A stretch of DNA of 64,000 bases. It comes from a virus (taxonomy: Duplodnaviria > Caudoviricetes). The stretch lies in the IMG/VR virus record IMGVR_UViG_3300025789_000018; one strand, written 5' to 3'. The notes beneath the pieces were generated by a model that did not search any database, had not been told where the DNA came from, and saw only the letters and a list, made by a program, of their open reading frames with translations. The translations under genes and the position numbers were made by a program. Every line of letters begins with the position of its first letter. Within the stretch, counting starts at the first letter, position 1. Shown here in pieces: positions 1 through 10,192 of the stretch.

Positions 1-1470
1 ATAGCCTGAAGGCGTACCGGTTGCTGTAACGTTAGCAACGTGTAGCTGATGCTGATAGGTTAGTGAAGCAACTGAAGTGTTGGTGAAACCAGCACCTGGA
101 TAAGCAAGTGCAACAGAAGCGATGTTAGCGCCTGAACCAGCAGCACCAGCGTTAGTTGTGATAATGCCGAGAGCATTAGCAGAACCACCAGATACGATGA
201 CTGTTTCGCCGTTAGCATAACCTGAAGTTGAAGTTGAGTTAACAGTGAATGTAGCAACTGGACCTGAACCGTAACGAACTTCTGTCCAACCAGCATGTTG
301 GCTGTGGCCAAATACTGTTTGTTCATATGTTGAGAAGTTTACAGTGTTGCCAGTAGAAGAACCAGTCGCATAAGCGTTTGATGATAGTGTAACTGTAGTA
401 GCGTTGACTGCAACAACCTTAGGAAGAACAGTTGACATTGTAACAGTAGCACCAGAAGCGCCGTTTGAGATTGAGTTACCGCTTAGAACGTAGTTACCGA
501 TACCGTTTGTGGCAGTTGATGAAACAACATAAGTGCCGTTTGCGATACCGAGAGTTGCGTTAGCAAGTAGTTCTTGACCAATGCAAAGAACTGGACCAGT
601 AAATGATGTAACGTTTAGAATGTTACCATTTGAACCGATTGTACCATTTGAAATGGTGCCAGTGATTGTTGCGGTGTTTGTTGAAGTTGTACCATAAAGT
701 GTTGGTAGTGTTGGTAAGTTATTACCAGAAGCAACCATACCTGGTGCAATCTTTGAGAAGAAGAATGTTGCTGATGCGTTTGTTAGTGGTGATACGCCAC
801 TTAGTAGAACAGCCGATGAGTTGATTACGTTAGCAACAGCAGCGTATGCGCCAGTATTTGACCAAACGGGTGAACCGCCAGTCGTATTAGCAGCAGTACC
901 ATAGATTGCCATACCAGGAGCGATGTTTGAGGTCGATGTTAGACCGGTCATGATCGCGTTACCCTGTGAAAGGGTGCCTGTCTGTGTATTTGCAAATGCT
1001 GGAGTTGGGTTGGTTAGAACGTTATTGCCAGCAATGGTGTTTGCAGTTACAGTAACATAGTTTGGAATATTCAACATATTGAATACGCCAAGTGCTTGAT
1101 TGTTCTGGAATGCATTTGGTGTAGTGTTGTTGTATAGGTTATAACCAGTTACGTGGTTATATTCAAAAGTAATATTTGCACTAGCAGCAGTTGTACCTGA
1201 AAATGTCTGTGACATTTGAACTGCGGTTGAGTTGATGATACCTGTAACGATAGCACCAGATGATAGGTTAGCCAGCACAGTGTTTGAAATGACTAGCTGA
1301 TTGACTGTAACACCTACAGTTGATGCCATTGAAGTGATGACATTACTACCTTGAGTAAATGTTCCAGTTGTAGTGACGTTAGCTTGCTGTGCATAAGCTT
1401 TATCTTTTGCAGTAATGCCATAAAACTTTGGTGCAGAGTTAGCTTGATCTGTTGATTTCCATAAAGACAT
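1..1470 (-). CDS. Virion structural / fibre-like protein, 3'-truncated by the window edge (not in the ORF track)
   Basis: ATG at 1470 after AAGGAG; open for 490 codons (MSLWKSTDQANSAPKFYGITAKDKAYAQQANVTTTGTF...), N/T/S/G/A-rich like T4-like fibre proteins. Confidence 0.8.
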   Translation of the reverse strand, partial: MSLWKSTDQANSAPKFYGITAKDKAYAQQANVTTTGTFTQGSNVITSMASTVGVTVNQLVISNTVLANLSSGAIVTGIINSTAVQMSQTFSGTTAASANITFEYNHVTGYNLYNNTTPNAFQNNQALGVFNMLNIPNYVTVTANTIAGNNVLTNPTPAFANTQTGTLSQGNAIMTGLTSTSNIAPGMAIYGTAANTTGGSPVWSNTGAYAAVANVINSSAVLLSGVSPLTNASATFFFSKIAPGMVASGNNLPTLPTLYGTTSTNTATITGTISNGTIGSNGNILNVTSFTGPVLCIGQELLANATLGIANGTYVVSSTATNGIGNYVLSGNSISNGASGATVTMSTVLPKVVAVNATTVTLSSNAYATGSSTGNTVNFSTYEQTVFGHSQHAGWTEVRYGSGPVATFTVNSTSTSGYANGETVIVSGGSANALGIITTNAGAAGSGANIASVALAYPGAGFTNTSVASLTYQHQLHVANVTATGTPSGY

Positions 1471-1508
1471 TCGTATTCTCCTTGCGAGTTCTTTTTCTGA
1501 TTATTTAT

Positions 1509-1709
1509 CTATTTATGCAAATGAAACATGCTTGAAACGTAGTCAGATGGCTTCTCAACAAAGTCTGGGATTTGCACCACAGCAACATTAGCCGTTACTT
1601 TCACAACAGGAGGAGCCGATACCTTCAGATGCACCTCTTCTTGGTGTTTGATCTGAGGTACGGCTTCCTGCTTATTCGTGATAATAATATTATGTGCTAT
1701 AATAGGCAC
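1509..1709 (-). CDS. Hypothetical protein (66 aa)
   Basis: ORF abutting the 541-aa gene, co-oriented. Confidence 0.6.
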   Translation of the reverse strand: MPIIAHNIIITNKQEAVPQIKHQEEVHLKVSAPPVVKVTANVAVVQIPDFVEKPSDYVSSMFHLHK

Positions 1710-3335
1710 TTATTTATCCTTGAATAGACCTGGATTGTTTCTACGAAATGTTTCTTCTTCAGCGATCTTCTTTAGATTCTGATTTTGTGACATGATATCA
1801 CGAACAGCAGATTCGACAGCATGATAGCGCGAAGCAGCAGTATAAGGTGTTACTACTGATTCGCGGATGGCTTCTTCTTTACTGAAAGACTTATTCATTG
1901 CAACTTCGGCATCTTTGGCAAACTTCTTTGCACCGATTGGAGTTGCTGTTTTATCTTTAGCACGATCTTGTCCTGCACGATCAAACTTGGTTTCTGGAGA
2001 TTTGTCCATTTCTTCTAGTTCATTTTCAACTAGACGATCAATATCTGACTCGTCAAAGATACCTTCTTCAAGTGCATCTGCGAAATGATCCATCAACTCT
2101 TCTTTACGAAGCATCTTGAAGTCTTCAGCGTCTAGCTTATCATTGTGATTCTTGTCAAGCTTCTTCTGCTTGCCGATTAGCTTCTTTTCTTCTAGTTCGG
2201 CTTCTTCTTTGGCGGTAACTTTCTTTTTGAGTTTATTGCCAATCTCACCAATCTTGTTGATGCCTTTAGCAAGTGCAGTACCAGCAGTACCACCTGCAAC
2301 AGCGCCACCAGCAGCACCTAGAGTTGCTCCGCCTTTGATGGCCATTGGATCATGATGTACATGCGGCGCCGCAGCCATACCACCAGCAACTGCACCTAGT
2401 GCGCCGCCTGCTAGTGCGCCTTTAATGCCCCATTTTGTAGGATCCAACTTTTCATCAAGTGTACGGAACTTGTTTGATGAACTTACACCCCAAAGTGGCG
2501 CTTTTGTTTCTTCGGACATTACTTGTTCTCCTAGTGCTGATTTGTGTTCTTCATGTGATTTACGAATCTTGGCTTGAAATGCTTCTTTATCCGCAGGCTT
2601 TGGTAGACTATTATAGTGATCTAATGTCTTTGATGCCATAGAGCCTGAAACGTGATGTGTCTTACCATTCTCATACTTGATGTCTTGACCACCAGTCTGA
2701 TTGGTAGAAGCTTGTCTTAGTCTGTTGATGATGTGTTCTGATGGCGCATGTTGCTCTGGCGGTAGGACACCATTCTTGCGAAGTCTGCGAATGCGATCCA
2801 TATGCTCTGGATTGTCATGATACAACTTTTCTTTGTTGTTAGGATTGACAGTGTAGCCAAGATCCTTCTTTGGTCGACCACGTGCTTCGTCTAGTTCGGT
2901 TTCTTCTTTCTTGATGTTATTTTTAGAAGATTTCACTTTTGTGATATTTTCAATATCAGAGATTGTAAACTTTCCTGGACCATCAGTTCTGGCTGGAAAT
3001 AAAGACATGAAATCTTTCTTTGGCTTTTCTTCATCGACCTGCTCAATATCTTCTGAAATGCCAGCATGACGCATAGCAGAATCTTTAAACTCTGCACCAA
3101 ACGTCTTTACCTTACCGTGCTTGTTCATTGCATCCCAAGCATTTGGATTTGTCTTGCTCTTTCTCACATATGGTGTGTTGTTTGATTCTTCAACTTTTTC
3201 ACCATGAACCTTATAAGATGCAGCAACAGCCTGTTTCACTCGCTCGGCCTTACTCTTGCCCGCGAACTTTGGATTCTTTGATTTCACAAAGTCATGAATG
3301 ATTTCAGATGTTGGTGTATCTTTATTGATTGGCAT
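1710..3335 (-). CDS. Putative capsid-internal protein (541 aa) with glycine-zipper segment
   Basis: Late promoter TATAAATA at 3363-3370; highly charged; repeated (L/I/V)xE sites (ELDE, ELEE, AIRE); GALAGGALGAVAGG segment. Confidence 0.55.
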   Translation of the reverse strand: MPINKDTPTSEIIHDFVKSKNPKFAGKSKAERVKQAVAASYKVHGEKVEESNNTPYVRKSKTNPNAWDAMNKHGKVKTFGAEFKDSAMRHAGISEDIEQVDEEKPKKDFMSLFPARTDGPGKFTISDIENITKVKSSKNNIKKEETELDEARGRPKKDLGYTVNPNNKEKLYHDNPEHMDRIRRLRKNGVLPPEQHAPSEHIINRLRQASTNQTGGQDIKYENGKTHHVSGSMASKTLDHYNSLPKPADKEAFQAKIRKSHEEHKSALGEQVMSEETKAPLWGVSSSNKFRTLDEKLDPTKWGIKGALAGGALGAVAGGMAAAPHVHHDPMAIKGGATLGAAGGAVAGGTAGTALAKGINKIGEIGNKLKKKVTAKEEAELEEKKLIGKQKKLDKNHNDKLDAEDFKMLRKEELMDHFADALEEGIFDESDIDRLVENELEEMDKSPETKFDRAGQDRAKDKTATPIGAKKFAKDAEVAMNKSFSKEEAIRESVVTPYTAASRYHAVESAVRDIMSQNQNLKKIAEEETFRRNNPGLFKDK

Positions 3336-3362
3336 CGGGCGCTCCTACAGGATTCTTTTCTG

Positions 3363-3398
3363 TATTTATAAAAACTGATTACATCACTTATATAAGTA
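3363..3398. promoter_or_regulatory. Back-to-back T4-type late promoters
   Basis: TATAAATA on - (3363-3370) and TATAAGTA on + (3391-3398); gp55 is encoded in the window. Confidence 0.75.
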
Positions 3399-3403
3399 TT
3401 GAT

Positions 3404-3459
3404 GTCTGTCACGATACTGGAAATATCCACAGACTCTAACGCTTATAAGGAGCATCAGC
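3404..3459 (+). promoter_or_regulatory. Conserved hairpin leader, copy 1 of 5
   Basis: GTCTGT-CAC-GATA-ctggaaa-TATC-C-ACAGAC-TCTA then GCT..AGC stem over GGAG. Confidence 0.8.
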
Positions 3460-4122
3460 ATGAATATTTATCGCAGAATCTGGACTCGTCATTTCGGTCC
3501 CATTCCTAAAGATGAGAATGGTAGATCATACGAGATTCATCATATAGACGGCAATCGTAAGAACAACGATATTTCCAACTTAGTTTGCATAACGATACAA
3601 GAACACTATAACATACATTATTCTCAAAACGATTGGGCAGCCTGTTTACGTATCTCACAGAGAATGTCCATTAGTGCAGAAGAAAAGTCTAACTTGGCCA
3701 AGCTTGTTCAAACAAAAAGGCTTGAAGATGGTACACATCCTTTTTTGGATAAAGAAAATCATAAAAGATGGAATAAAGAAAAGATTCAAAATGGAACACA
3801 CAACTTTTTAGGTGGTGAAGTTCAAAGAAAACGTATAGAAGAAGGAACTCACCACTTTCTAGGAAGCGATATAAACAACAAAAGAGTAGAAGAAGGCACA
3901 CATCCATTTCTAGGTGGTGAAATACAGAGACAATCTAATAAAAAAAGAGTAGAAAATGGAACACACCATTTATTGGGTGGTGAAATGAACCGTAAAAGAT
4001 TCAAAGATGGAACTCATCCGTTTCTGAAGAAAAAAGAATGTCCTCATTGTTTAAACTATCTCGATCCTGGTAACTTTGCAAAACATCATGGCGATAAGTG
4101 TAAAATGAAGATCAGATCGTAG
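3460..4122 (+). CDS. Free-standing HNH endonuclease with tandem GTHxFL repeats
   Basis: YEIHHIDGNRKNNDISNL HNH motif; six GTH(P/N/H)(F/L)L repeats; C-terminal CPHC; antisense to flanking genes. Confidence 0.85.
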   Translation: MNIYRRIWTRHFGPIPKDENGRSYEIHHIDGNRKNNDISNLVCITIQEHYNIHYSQNDWAACLRISQRMSISAEEKSNLAKLVQTKRLEDGTHPFLDKENHKRWNKEKIQNGTHNFLGGEVQRKRIEEGTHHFLGSDINNKRVEEGTHPFLGGEIQRQSNKKRVENGTHHLLGGEMNRKRFKDGTHPFLKKKECPHCLNYLDPGNFAKHHGDKCKMKIRS

Positions 4123-4552
4123 ATATGGTTGCCTTTAACATCCAAGATAGTTTATTGTGTTTGTCAACCAAATCTTGAAGGAAGTTGCTGATTCCTATTT
4201 CACCAGCAAGTTCAGCCGCATGATATGCAGTTTCTAGAGATTGTGTAAGTATTAGATTATCTTCGTGCAGTGTTTCAAACATTCTTTGGCTAGAAGGAAC
4301 AGTAAGTGCATCATCAATATTAGTTAACTCTATAAACCGAGTAAAGGATGCTGGTGTGTATTCGTTTAGTGTTCTGATCTTTTCACCGATAGAATCAAAC
4401 TCTTCGAATACTTGAGTGTATATCTTTTCTAGAAATGTGTGATATTCATAGAAGTTGTTTCCTATTACATTAAAGTGATAGTTGTGTGACTTTAAATAAA
4501 ACGCAAAAGCATCTGCTAATGCTACTTTCAAAGAATCTATCAGTGTTGTCAT
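4112..4552 (-). CDS. dps: Dps / ferritin-like protein
   Basis: KSHNYHFNVIGNNFYEYHTFLEKIY..FDSIGEKIRTL ferroxidase-type motif; KLSWML C-terminus. Confidence 0.9.
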   Translation of the reverse strand: MTTLIDSLKVALADAFAFYLKSHNYHFNVIGNNFYEYHTFLEKIYTQVFEEFDSIGEKIRTLNEYTPASFTRFIELTNIDDALTVPSSQRMFETLHEDNLILTQSLETAYHAAELAGEIGISNFLQDLVDKHNKLSWMLKATISTI

Positions 4553-4935
4553 TGTTGTTCCTTTACATATCTGCCGTCGGGTGTTTTGGTTACTTTACCA
4601 TCTTTGATAGAAACCCAACCGATAATCGAGTAGCCTCTTTCTTTCCAGTCGGGTGCTTGCGAAAGTAGGGTCTTATTATATATGACGACAAACTGTTTAA
4701 CGTGTGCTTGTTGGTAGTCTCTATAAGAGAGAACATATGCACGATCATCTGGATTGGTTTGCTCTGAAGCCATCTTCGAAGCCGCATTGAATGCGCCGTT
4801 TCTGTCATTGTACATAAGAGAAGGATTCTTTAACACATCCTGTTTAGGTTGTGGTTGCCCTTGCTGGCCTTGTGGACCAGCAGGAATAGAAGCAACTTCA
4901 CTTTCCTCGATGATGTATCCTAGATATGTTTTCAT
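4549..4935 (-). CDS. Hypothetical protein, possible capsid-targeting N-terminus
   Basis: MKTYLGYIIEE resembles the T4 internal-protein CTS MKTYQEFIAE. Confidence 0.6.
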   Translation of the reverse strand: MKTYLGYIIEESEVASIPAGPQGQQGQPQPKQDVLKNPSLMYNDRNGAFNAASKMASEQTNPDDRAYVLSYRDYQQAHVKQFVVIYNKTLLSQAPDWKERGYSIIGWVSIKDGKVTKTPDGRYVKEQQ

Positions 4936-5052
4936 TACATTTCCTGTTTCTATTATTTATACTTCTAGTTAGGCATACTGAATACGTATAGCAGGAATAT
5001 ATACCGTATTTGCAAAATACTACTTTGGTCTTTGGGATTGATTATAGTTGGA

Positions 5053-7041
5053 TTAAACAATAGCAGTGACAAATGTGTTATATGTATTTCCATCTAAACA
5101 AAAGTACTTTACATACATTAAATTGTGTGTACATAAGTAAAATGACTGCCCACCAGTTGCTTGTGTTCCTGATCTTAGACTATGATTGAACTGTTGAGTA
5201 CCACCAATATTATTAAAAATGAATAATTCAATTGATCTACCAGCACCTGAACTTAGATTCTGAATGTTAGCAGTCAATGTTGCACCATTAGTATGCACAT
5301 AAATAATATTATCAGAAGCAAAGTCAATTAACACAGTATTCGATATAGCGGCATCAATTCGTACATTTGGTGCTTTGTATGCAGTACTTTGTGTGGTGTT
5401 ATCAGGGAAAGTAATGCCTGCATTTGCTTCAAGCGTAATATTGTTTGCTAACGTGTTTCCGTATATTGCCACGTTGCCTGAGAATGTAGCATTGTTAGAT
5501 GTTGTATTGCCTGTAACACTTAGATCGCCATATACATACGTATTATTTGCTGTAAATGCTCCATTTACTGTAGTTGCGTTTGATGTCATTAACATCGTTA
5601 CAGTAACTGTATTAGTTCCTAGTGGTGTTGTCCAAAATCTTAATGACGACCCTTGGTTTGCTACAGAGAAGTTTTCCGCTGTAACAAAGTCGATCCTTGC
5701 TGTTCCAGTAGAAGGAAATCCTGCGCCATCATATCCATTACCGCTAATACGTAAGATAACATCATTTGATGCTAAAGAAGTAGGTGCGCTGATTGTTCCT
5801 CTTGATGTTCTGCCAGCAATAGAGTTGTATACACCATTACCATAAGTGTCCATAACAAGACGATTGCTGACATTCGCAGAGTTGATAGCATACATCGTCA
5901 CACCAGGATCAGTAAATCCTTGTGGAGTTCCTAGCTGTGACTGAATGGTGAATGGTGCAGCGTTGGTTTGTGTGATAGGATTGATAATCTGTAGATTATT
6001 ACGGATTGTTGTTAATCCGTTGTTAGCCACTTCAAATGCAGATACAGCAGCATTTGCTACAGAGTTACCGATGTCTAGCGTTCTTTGGATTATGATTCTA
6101 CCGCCGTCACCAGGAGAACCGATAGTAAAGTCGTGTTGAGCATCAGCTAGTCTGATGGTATAGTTCTGTAGAATAACACCACCAGCATTGAAGCCAGCGT
6201 TTGCGTTAAATGTGGTGTTAGATCCTGAACCTTGTGTGATATAGAATACTTGATTCGCGAGAGACAGAACTTGGTCAGGTCCACCAAGAGTATCAGAGAA
6301 AGTGATAGAGTTAGAACCAACCCACAAAGATTCCCAACGATTGGTGTTGTTTCCTAGAGAATGGGCTAGTGAAACATCGGGATTTATACTTGAAGGTATG
6401 TGTAACCAATCAACCGCAGTTGTAACATTAGCGAACAAAAAGTTATTGGTACTTGAACTGTAACTTAGAAAATAGTTATTGACAAAAGTTGACTTGTCGA
6501 TGTCATCTAGATAGCGAAGATTGACTTCACCACCGCCTCCCATTTGTGACATGCGGGATGCAAATGAATGTAGATCAGTGATCGACTGTTTCATTTGCTG
6601 GATTTCAGCACGAACAGGATCAACCTTGACTACTTCTGGTCCTTCAGACTTCTTTGCAGTCTTAGTGATTGTGTCTGCCACTTTGTTTATGAAACTATCA
6701 GGCAATACAGGCTGTGGTTGTACTGGAGTAGCCTGAGAGTTAGGAACAGTGACTTCTCTAGAGTTAGCGTTCTTTATGTCAGCAAATGTATCTTCAACGA
6801 CAATAGGCTCCACAAACTCTTCCATGCTATCAACAAGAGAGTTGTGAAGTGTTTCGTTTTGCTTTTCCGTTGGTTTGATTTGGATGCCAAGTAGAGCATT
6901 CTCAAACTGTTCTAATAGTTTGCGCTCTTTCTCTTTCTTTGCAGCCGCTTCTTCAATCTGCTTAAATGCACTTTCTGAAACTTCTGGATTGCCCAGAAGT
7001 CTAGATAGATTATTCAGAAGTTTTTTCTCTTTCTCATTCAC
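5053..7041 (-). CDS. Virion structural / fibre-like protein (662 aa)
   Basis: Charged N-terminus, GGGGEVNLRYLDDID linker, long N/T/S/G-rich beta-type C-terminal part. Confidence 0.65.
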   Translation of the reverse strand: MNEKEKKLLNNLSRLLGNPEVSESAFKQIEEAAAKKEKERKLLEQFENALLGIQIKPTEKQNETLHNSLVDSMEEFVEPIVVEDTFADIKNANSREVTVPNSQATPVQPQPVLPDSFINKVADTITKTAKKSEGPEVVKVDPVRAEIQQMKQSITDLHSFASRMSQMGGGGEVNLRYLDDIDKSTFVNNYFLSYSSSTNNFLFANVTTAVDWLHIPSSINPDVSLAHSLGNNTNRWESLWVGSNSITFSDTLGGPDQVLSLANQVFYITQGSGSNTTFNANAGFNAGGVILQNYTIRLADAQHDFTIGSPGDGGRIIIQRTLDIGNSVANAAVSAFEVANNGLTTIRNNLQIINPITQTNAAPFTIQSQLGTPQGFTDPGVTMYAINSANVSNRLVMDTYGNGVYNSIAGRTSRGTISAPTSLASNDVILRISGNGYDGAGFPSTGTARIDFVTAENFSVANQGSSLRFWTTPLGTNTVTVTMLMTSNATTVNGAFTANNTYVYGDLSVTGNTTSNNATFSGNVAIYGNTLANNITLEANAGITFPDNTTQSTAYKAPNVRIDAAISNTVLIDFASDNIIYVHTNGATLTANIQNLSSGAGRSIELFIFNNIGGTQQFNHSLRSGTQATGGQSFYLCTHNLMYVKYFCLDGNTYNTFVTAIV

Positions 7042-7043
7042 TA

Positions 7044-8177
7044 TTAATGCCCTGAACTTCCACTTTTACCAGGTGGTAATGATTTAATAGAACCGTCTGC
7101 CATACGAATAGGAACTTTTGATGAAAACACTTTCTTGCGTTTCCCTGTGGTTCCAAGTGATACTTCGATTTCCTCTTTGACTGCCTTTTTCTTGGCTTTG
7201 CGCTTCTCATTGCTGATGGCTGAGTCAATCGTCAATGGCTGTCCGATAGTACCAGTATTTATTTCGTCTTGATTTGGGCTTGCATCAGTTGCACCAGAGA
7301 TGCCATCGAAACCCATTTCAGAAAAAAGCGATTCTTTCATCGCCTTGAATGTCTTGGCTTTCTTGTAGCCTTTAGAGTTTGCATTCTTTGCTAGTGTATA
7401 GTTCTGACCACCACTAGCAGAAGCACCTGGGTCACCAGCATTCTCTGCTCCCCAACCACCTGAAGTGCCTTCACCGCCAATGCCTTCTTCATCGACATAA
7501 GCTTTCACCAACTTCATGGCTTTGCGGCGCTTCAGTTGCTTTGTGGTGTCTTTTGATTCGAGGTCTTTGTCTAGACCAATAGGCTTATCGTCTGAGTCAG
7601 CACGATCAAAAGGAATGTTGTATCGGGCACTTTCGTATGGATTTGTAGTCACGCCTGTTGTATCTCCTTGACTCTGATTGTTACCACCAAAAGTGGCATT
7701 AAGCCCCATGATCTGCTTATCTTTGTAGTTTGGTGCTTTCTTGTACTTCTTTGGCTTTACTTCTTCAAATTGATTTCGTGAACCTGCATTCTGTGGATTT
7801 GCTGGTCGTGCAGGATTGGTTCTAGAAGCATTAGCATAACCAATAGAACGTTGATGTAGTTGTCCAGCTTGAACCTGTTGCTTGTCATGCATAGTTTCTG
7901 CTTTGGCACGTTTCGCGGCCGCTTCAGCAGCACGTTTTGCATTATCGACAACGATCTTTGCGCCAAGTTTTGCTACTTTTGCTCGATCTTTGTTGCCGCC
8001 AATGTCCTTGTGGATAGACTGATTCTGATATGTGACGGCCCTCGATAATGTATTGACCGCCGGTTTACTTTGAAATCCTGGATTGTTGCCAATAGATCCA
8101 GTCTTTAGCATTGGTTTGGCACGATTATCTAATGGCTTATTCACCCTTGTAGGTGGTTTGATCGGCATTTTGTCCAT
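7044..8177 (-). CDS. Hypothetical low-complexity protein (377 aa), possibly capsid-internal
   Basis: Long ORF in late cluster; K/G/N-rich with VKEE, MKES, VDEE sites. Confidence 0.55.
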   Translation of the reverse strand: MDKMPIKPPTRVNKPLDNRAKPMLKTGSIGNNPGFQSKPAVNTLSRAVTYQNQSIHKDIGGNKDRAKVAKLGAKIVVDNAKRAAEAAAKRAKAETMHDKQQVQAGQLHQRSIGYANASRTNPARPANPQNAGSRNQFEEVKPKKYKKAPNYKDKQIMGLNATFGGNNQSQGDTTGVTTNPYESARYNIPFDRADSDDKPIGLDKDLESKDTTKQLKRRKAMKLVKAYVDEEGIGGEGTSGGWGAENAGDPGASASGGQNYTLAKNANSKGYKKAKTFKAMKESLFSEMGFDGISGATDASPNQDEINTGTIGQPLTIDSAISNEKRKAKKKAVKEEIEVSLGTTGKRKKVFSSKVPIRMADGSIKSLPPGKSGSSGH

Positions 8178-8182
8178 GATTA

Positions 8183-8998
8183 TTACTTTCTTCTATGAAC
8201 CAAGCATCCTGTTCTGCCGCAGATATCACAGTCTTCCATGCTTTCTTTCAGACCCTTCTTGCCCTTACCAGCAGCCATGCCAGCGCGAACGTCATTATAC
8301 ATCTTTGTTCTTTGTTCTGGCTTCATTGCAGATGGCGCACCAGCTTCAAACTCTTTCTGGCGACCAGCACCAGCGTGTGCGCGCATGACCGATGCAGAGA
8401 TACCAGCAACGCCTTCAGCGTCTGGATCGCGATCACCAGACGAATGGATATTGATTGTCTTGAAGTTGTAGTATCCATGATTGCCATGAACACCATTGTA
8501 TTGGCCAAGCAATCTCTGATATTCTGGAATACGATCAGAACCAGCAACTAGATGTAGATCAGTAACACCATTCTCGTGTAGTTTTGATAAGTGGTGCATT
8601 AGTGTAGGATGCTCTTTATCTGTTACAGAAGTATTCACATCAGGGAAAGCAGCCTTAGCATGTTCTTCCTTTTGTGCTGGTGTCAATGGGTTCTTCTTTG
8701 GATCTTGTGATCGTGTAAGAACCATCGATGATGTGCCACCATTCTTCTTTGCTGTTTTTTTGACAACATCATATGCTGCTTCATGCCCAGCATGTGGTGG
8801 ATTTGCACGACCCCAGAACAGTGTATGATGCTTGCGAAACATATCAGGATCAGCAGCTTCGGTACGAAGTTGAACGTCTGGATTGATTAGAATCTGATTT
8901 GGCTGAGAACCAGTCATAGTTGCACCAGCTTGAATAGCAGACTGTGTGCCCTTGGCAGCTTCGATTCTCTTTGTAATCTTATCGTAAAAATCGCCCAT
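8183..8998 (-). CDS. Cytidyltransferase-like (HIGH-type) nucleotidyltransferase
   Basis: FWGRANPPHAGH, SQDPKKNPL, LVAGSDR, GISASVMR; start set at MGDFYD (8998). Confidence 0.8.
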   Translation of the reverse strand: MGDFYDKITKRIEAAKGTQSAIQAGATMTGSQPNQILINPDVQLRTEAADPDMFRKHHTLFWGRANPPHAGHEAAYDVVKKTAKKNGGTSSMVLTRSQDPKKNPLTPAQKEEHAKAAFPDVNTSVTDKEHPTLMHHLSKLHENGVTDLHLVAGSDRIPEYQRLLGQYNGVHGNHGYYNFKTINIHSSGDRDPDAEGVAGISASVMRAHAGAGRQKEFEAGAPSAMKPEQRTKMYNDVRAGMAAGKGKKGLKESMEDCDICGRTGCLVHRRK

Positions 8999-8999
8999 G

Positions 9000-10163
9000 T
9001 TATGATACCATCTTTGAGAGTTTGGGGGAAGCCTTGAGGATGGCACTTCTTGCACGATTCGCTTGACTGAAGCCACCTTCACCACGATCAACGATCTTTA
9101 GCCCGTTTGAAACGAAACCTTCTGGTCCAGTTTCTTTGCCTTCAATCGCGTGCCCATATCCGCCATGTGCAGACTTGGCCAATGCTCTTGCTAGAATGTT
9201 GGTAGCATTTTGAACGTGCCCATGAATCTTTAGCGACTTACCAAAAGACTTTGCATTCTCTTCAACGTGTTTCATTGCAGCATCGCGTTCGGCTGTCTTA
9301 GCTTCTTTGGTCTTTTGCATCTTAACAGCATCGATTTTCTTTTGATGAGAACGACCAAGATGCTCTTTATATCCTTCAACCGTAGGCTCTTCACCAGACG
9401 ATACTGTTGAGTTGATATAAGTGCGAAGTGGAATCTCGTGACCAGCTAAATGATCATAGGTGTGGTTCTTCATTAGCTTTTCAGCGCGGTCTAGATGTGT
9501 CAATGCTTGACGCTTTGCAACAGGATCAATGCCATGTTGTTCATCGTGTGATACTAGATGACTCACCATGTGAACGTCTGGATTCTCTTTAAACTCAGAA
9601 AGGTCCGTAACAGGATGTGCTTCCCTGTTCGGACCTGTAAGTTCGCTGTGAATAACTGTAGAGACTTTAGAGTTGCGAAGCTTCTGCCCCTCTTTCGTGT
9701 CTGTTGGTACAGAATATTCGATTGTGTTTGGTTGATGTGAGATACGACCATTTGAGATTGTTCTCATTGATGGATCGCTCATATAACCACCCTGCCACTC
9801 GCCTGGGCGATCAGGTAGGACTTTTGGTAGATGCTCTAGTAATAGCTTCAGAGGATGAGCAAGATATGGCTTGTGCCCATGCTGTGTATCGACATCTTCG
9901 CTGGTGAAGTTGTAATGCGAACCTTTGCCCTTGTATTTTACACCAACGCGACCATCAGGAGTCTTGATGACATTGTATGACATCTTATCGTCAATCTTAC
10001 GTGAGATTGGAGCAGTTCCTGTTGCTGCACCACGTAGCGTGTCTACCGCATGTTTTGCTGCTTCTGGTCCATCGAAAGTTCTGTCTGACGGATGCTCAAT
10101 ATGTTGGATACCACCGATGTGTTCTACTGCTTCTGATAAGAATGATAGGAAGTTGATCATCAT
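9000..10163 (-). CDS. Conserved T4-like protein (DUF6267-like)
   Basis: IQHIEHPSD N-terminus, KIDD, GPEGFV; adjacent to cytidyltransferase as in many T4-like phages; late promoter at 10190-10197. Confidence 0.6.
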   Translation of the reverse strand: MMINFLSFLSEAVEHIGGIQHIEHPSDRTFDGPEAAKHAVDTLRGAATGTAPISRKIDDKMSYNVIKTPDGRVGVKYKGKGSHYNFTSEDVDTQHGHKPYLAHPLKLLLEHLPKVLPDRPGEWQGGYMSDPSMRTISNGRISHQPNTIEYSVPTDTKEGQKLRNSKVSTVIHSELTGPNREAHPVTDLSEFKENPDVHMVSHLVSHDEQHGIDPVAKRQALTHLDRAEKLMKNHTYDHLAGHEIPLRTYINSTVSSGEEPTVEGYKEHLGRSHQKKIDAVKMQKTKEAKTAERDAAMKHVEENAKSFGKSLKIHGHVQNATNILARALAKSAHGGYGHAIEGKETGPEGFVSNGLKIVDRGEGGFSQANRARSAILKASPKLSKMVS

Positions 10164-10192
10164 TATGCCTTGATTGCTGGATTATGTTGTAT

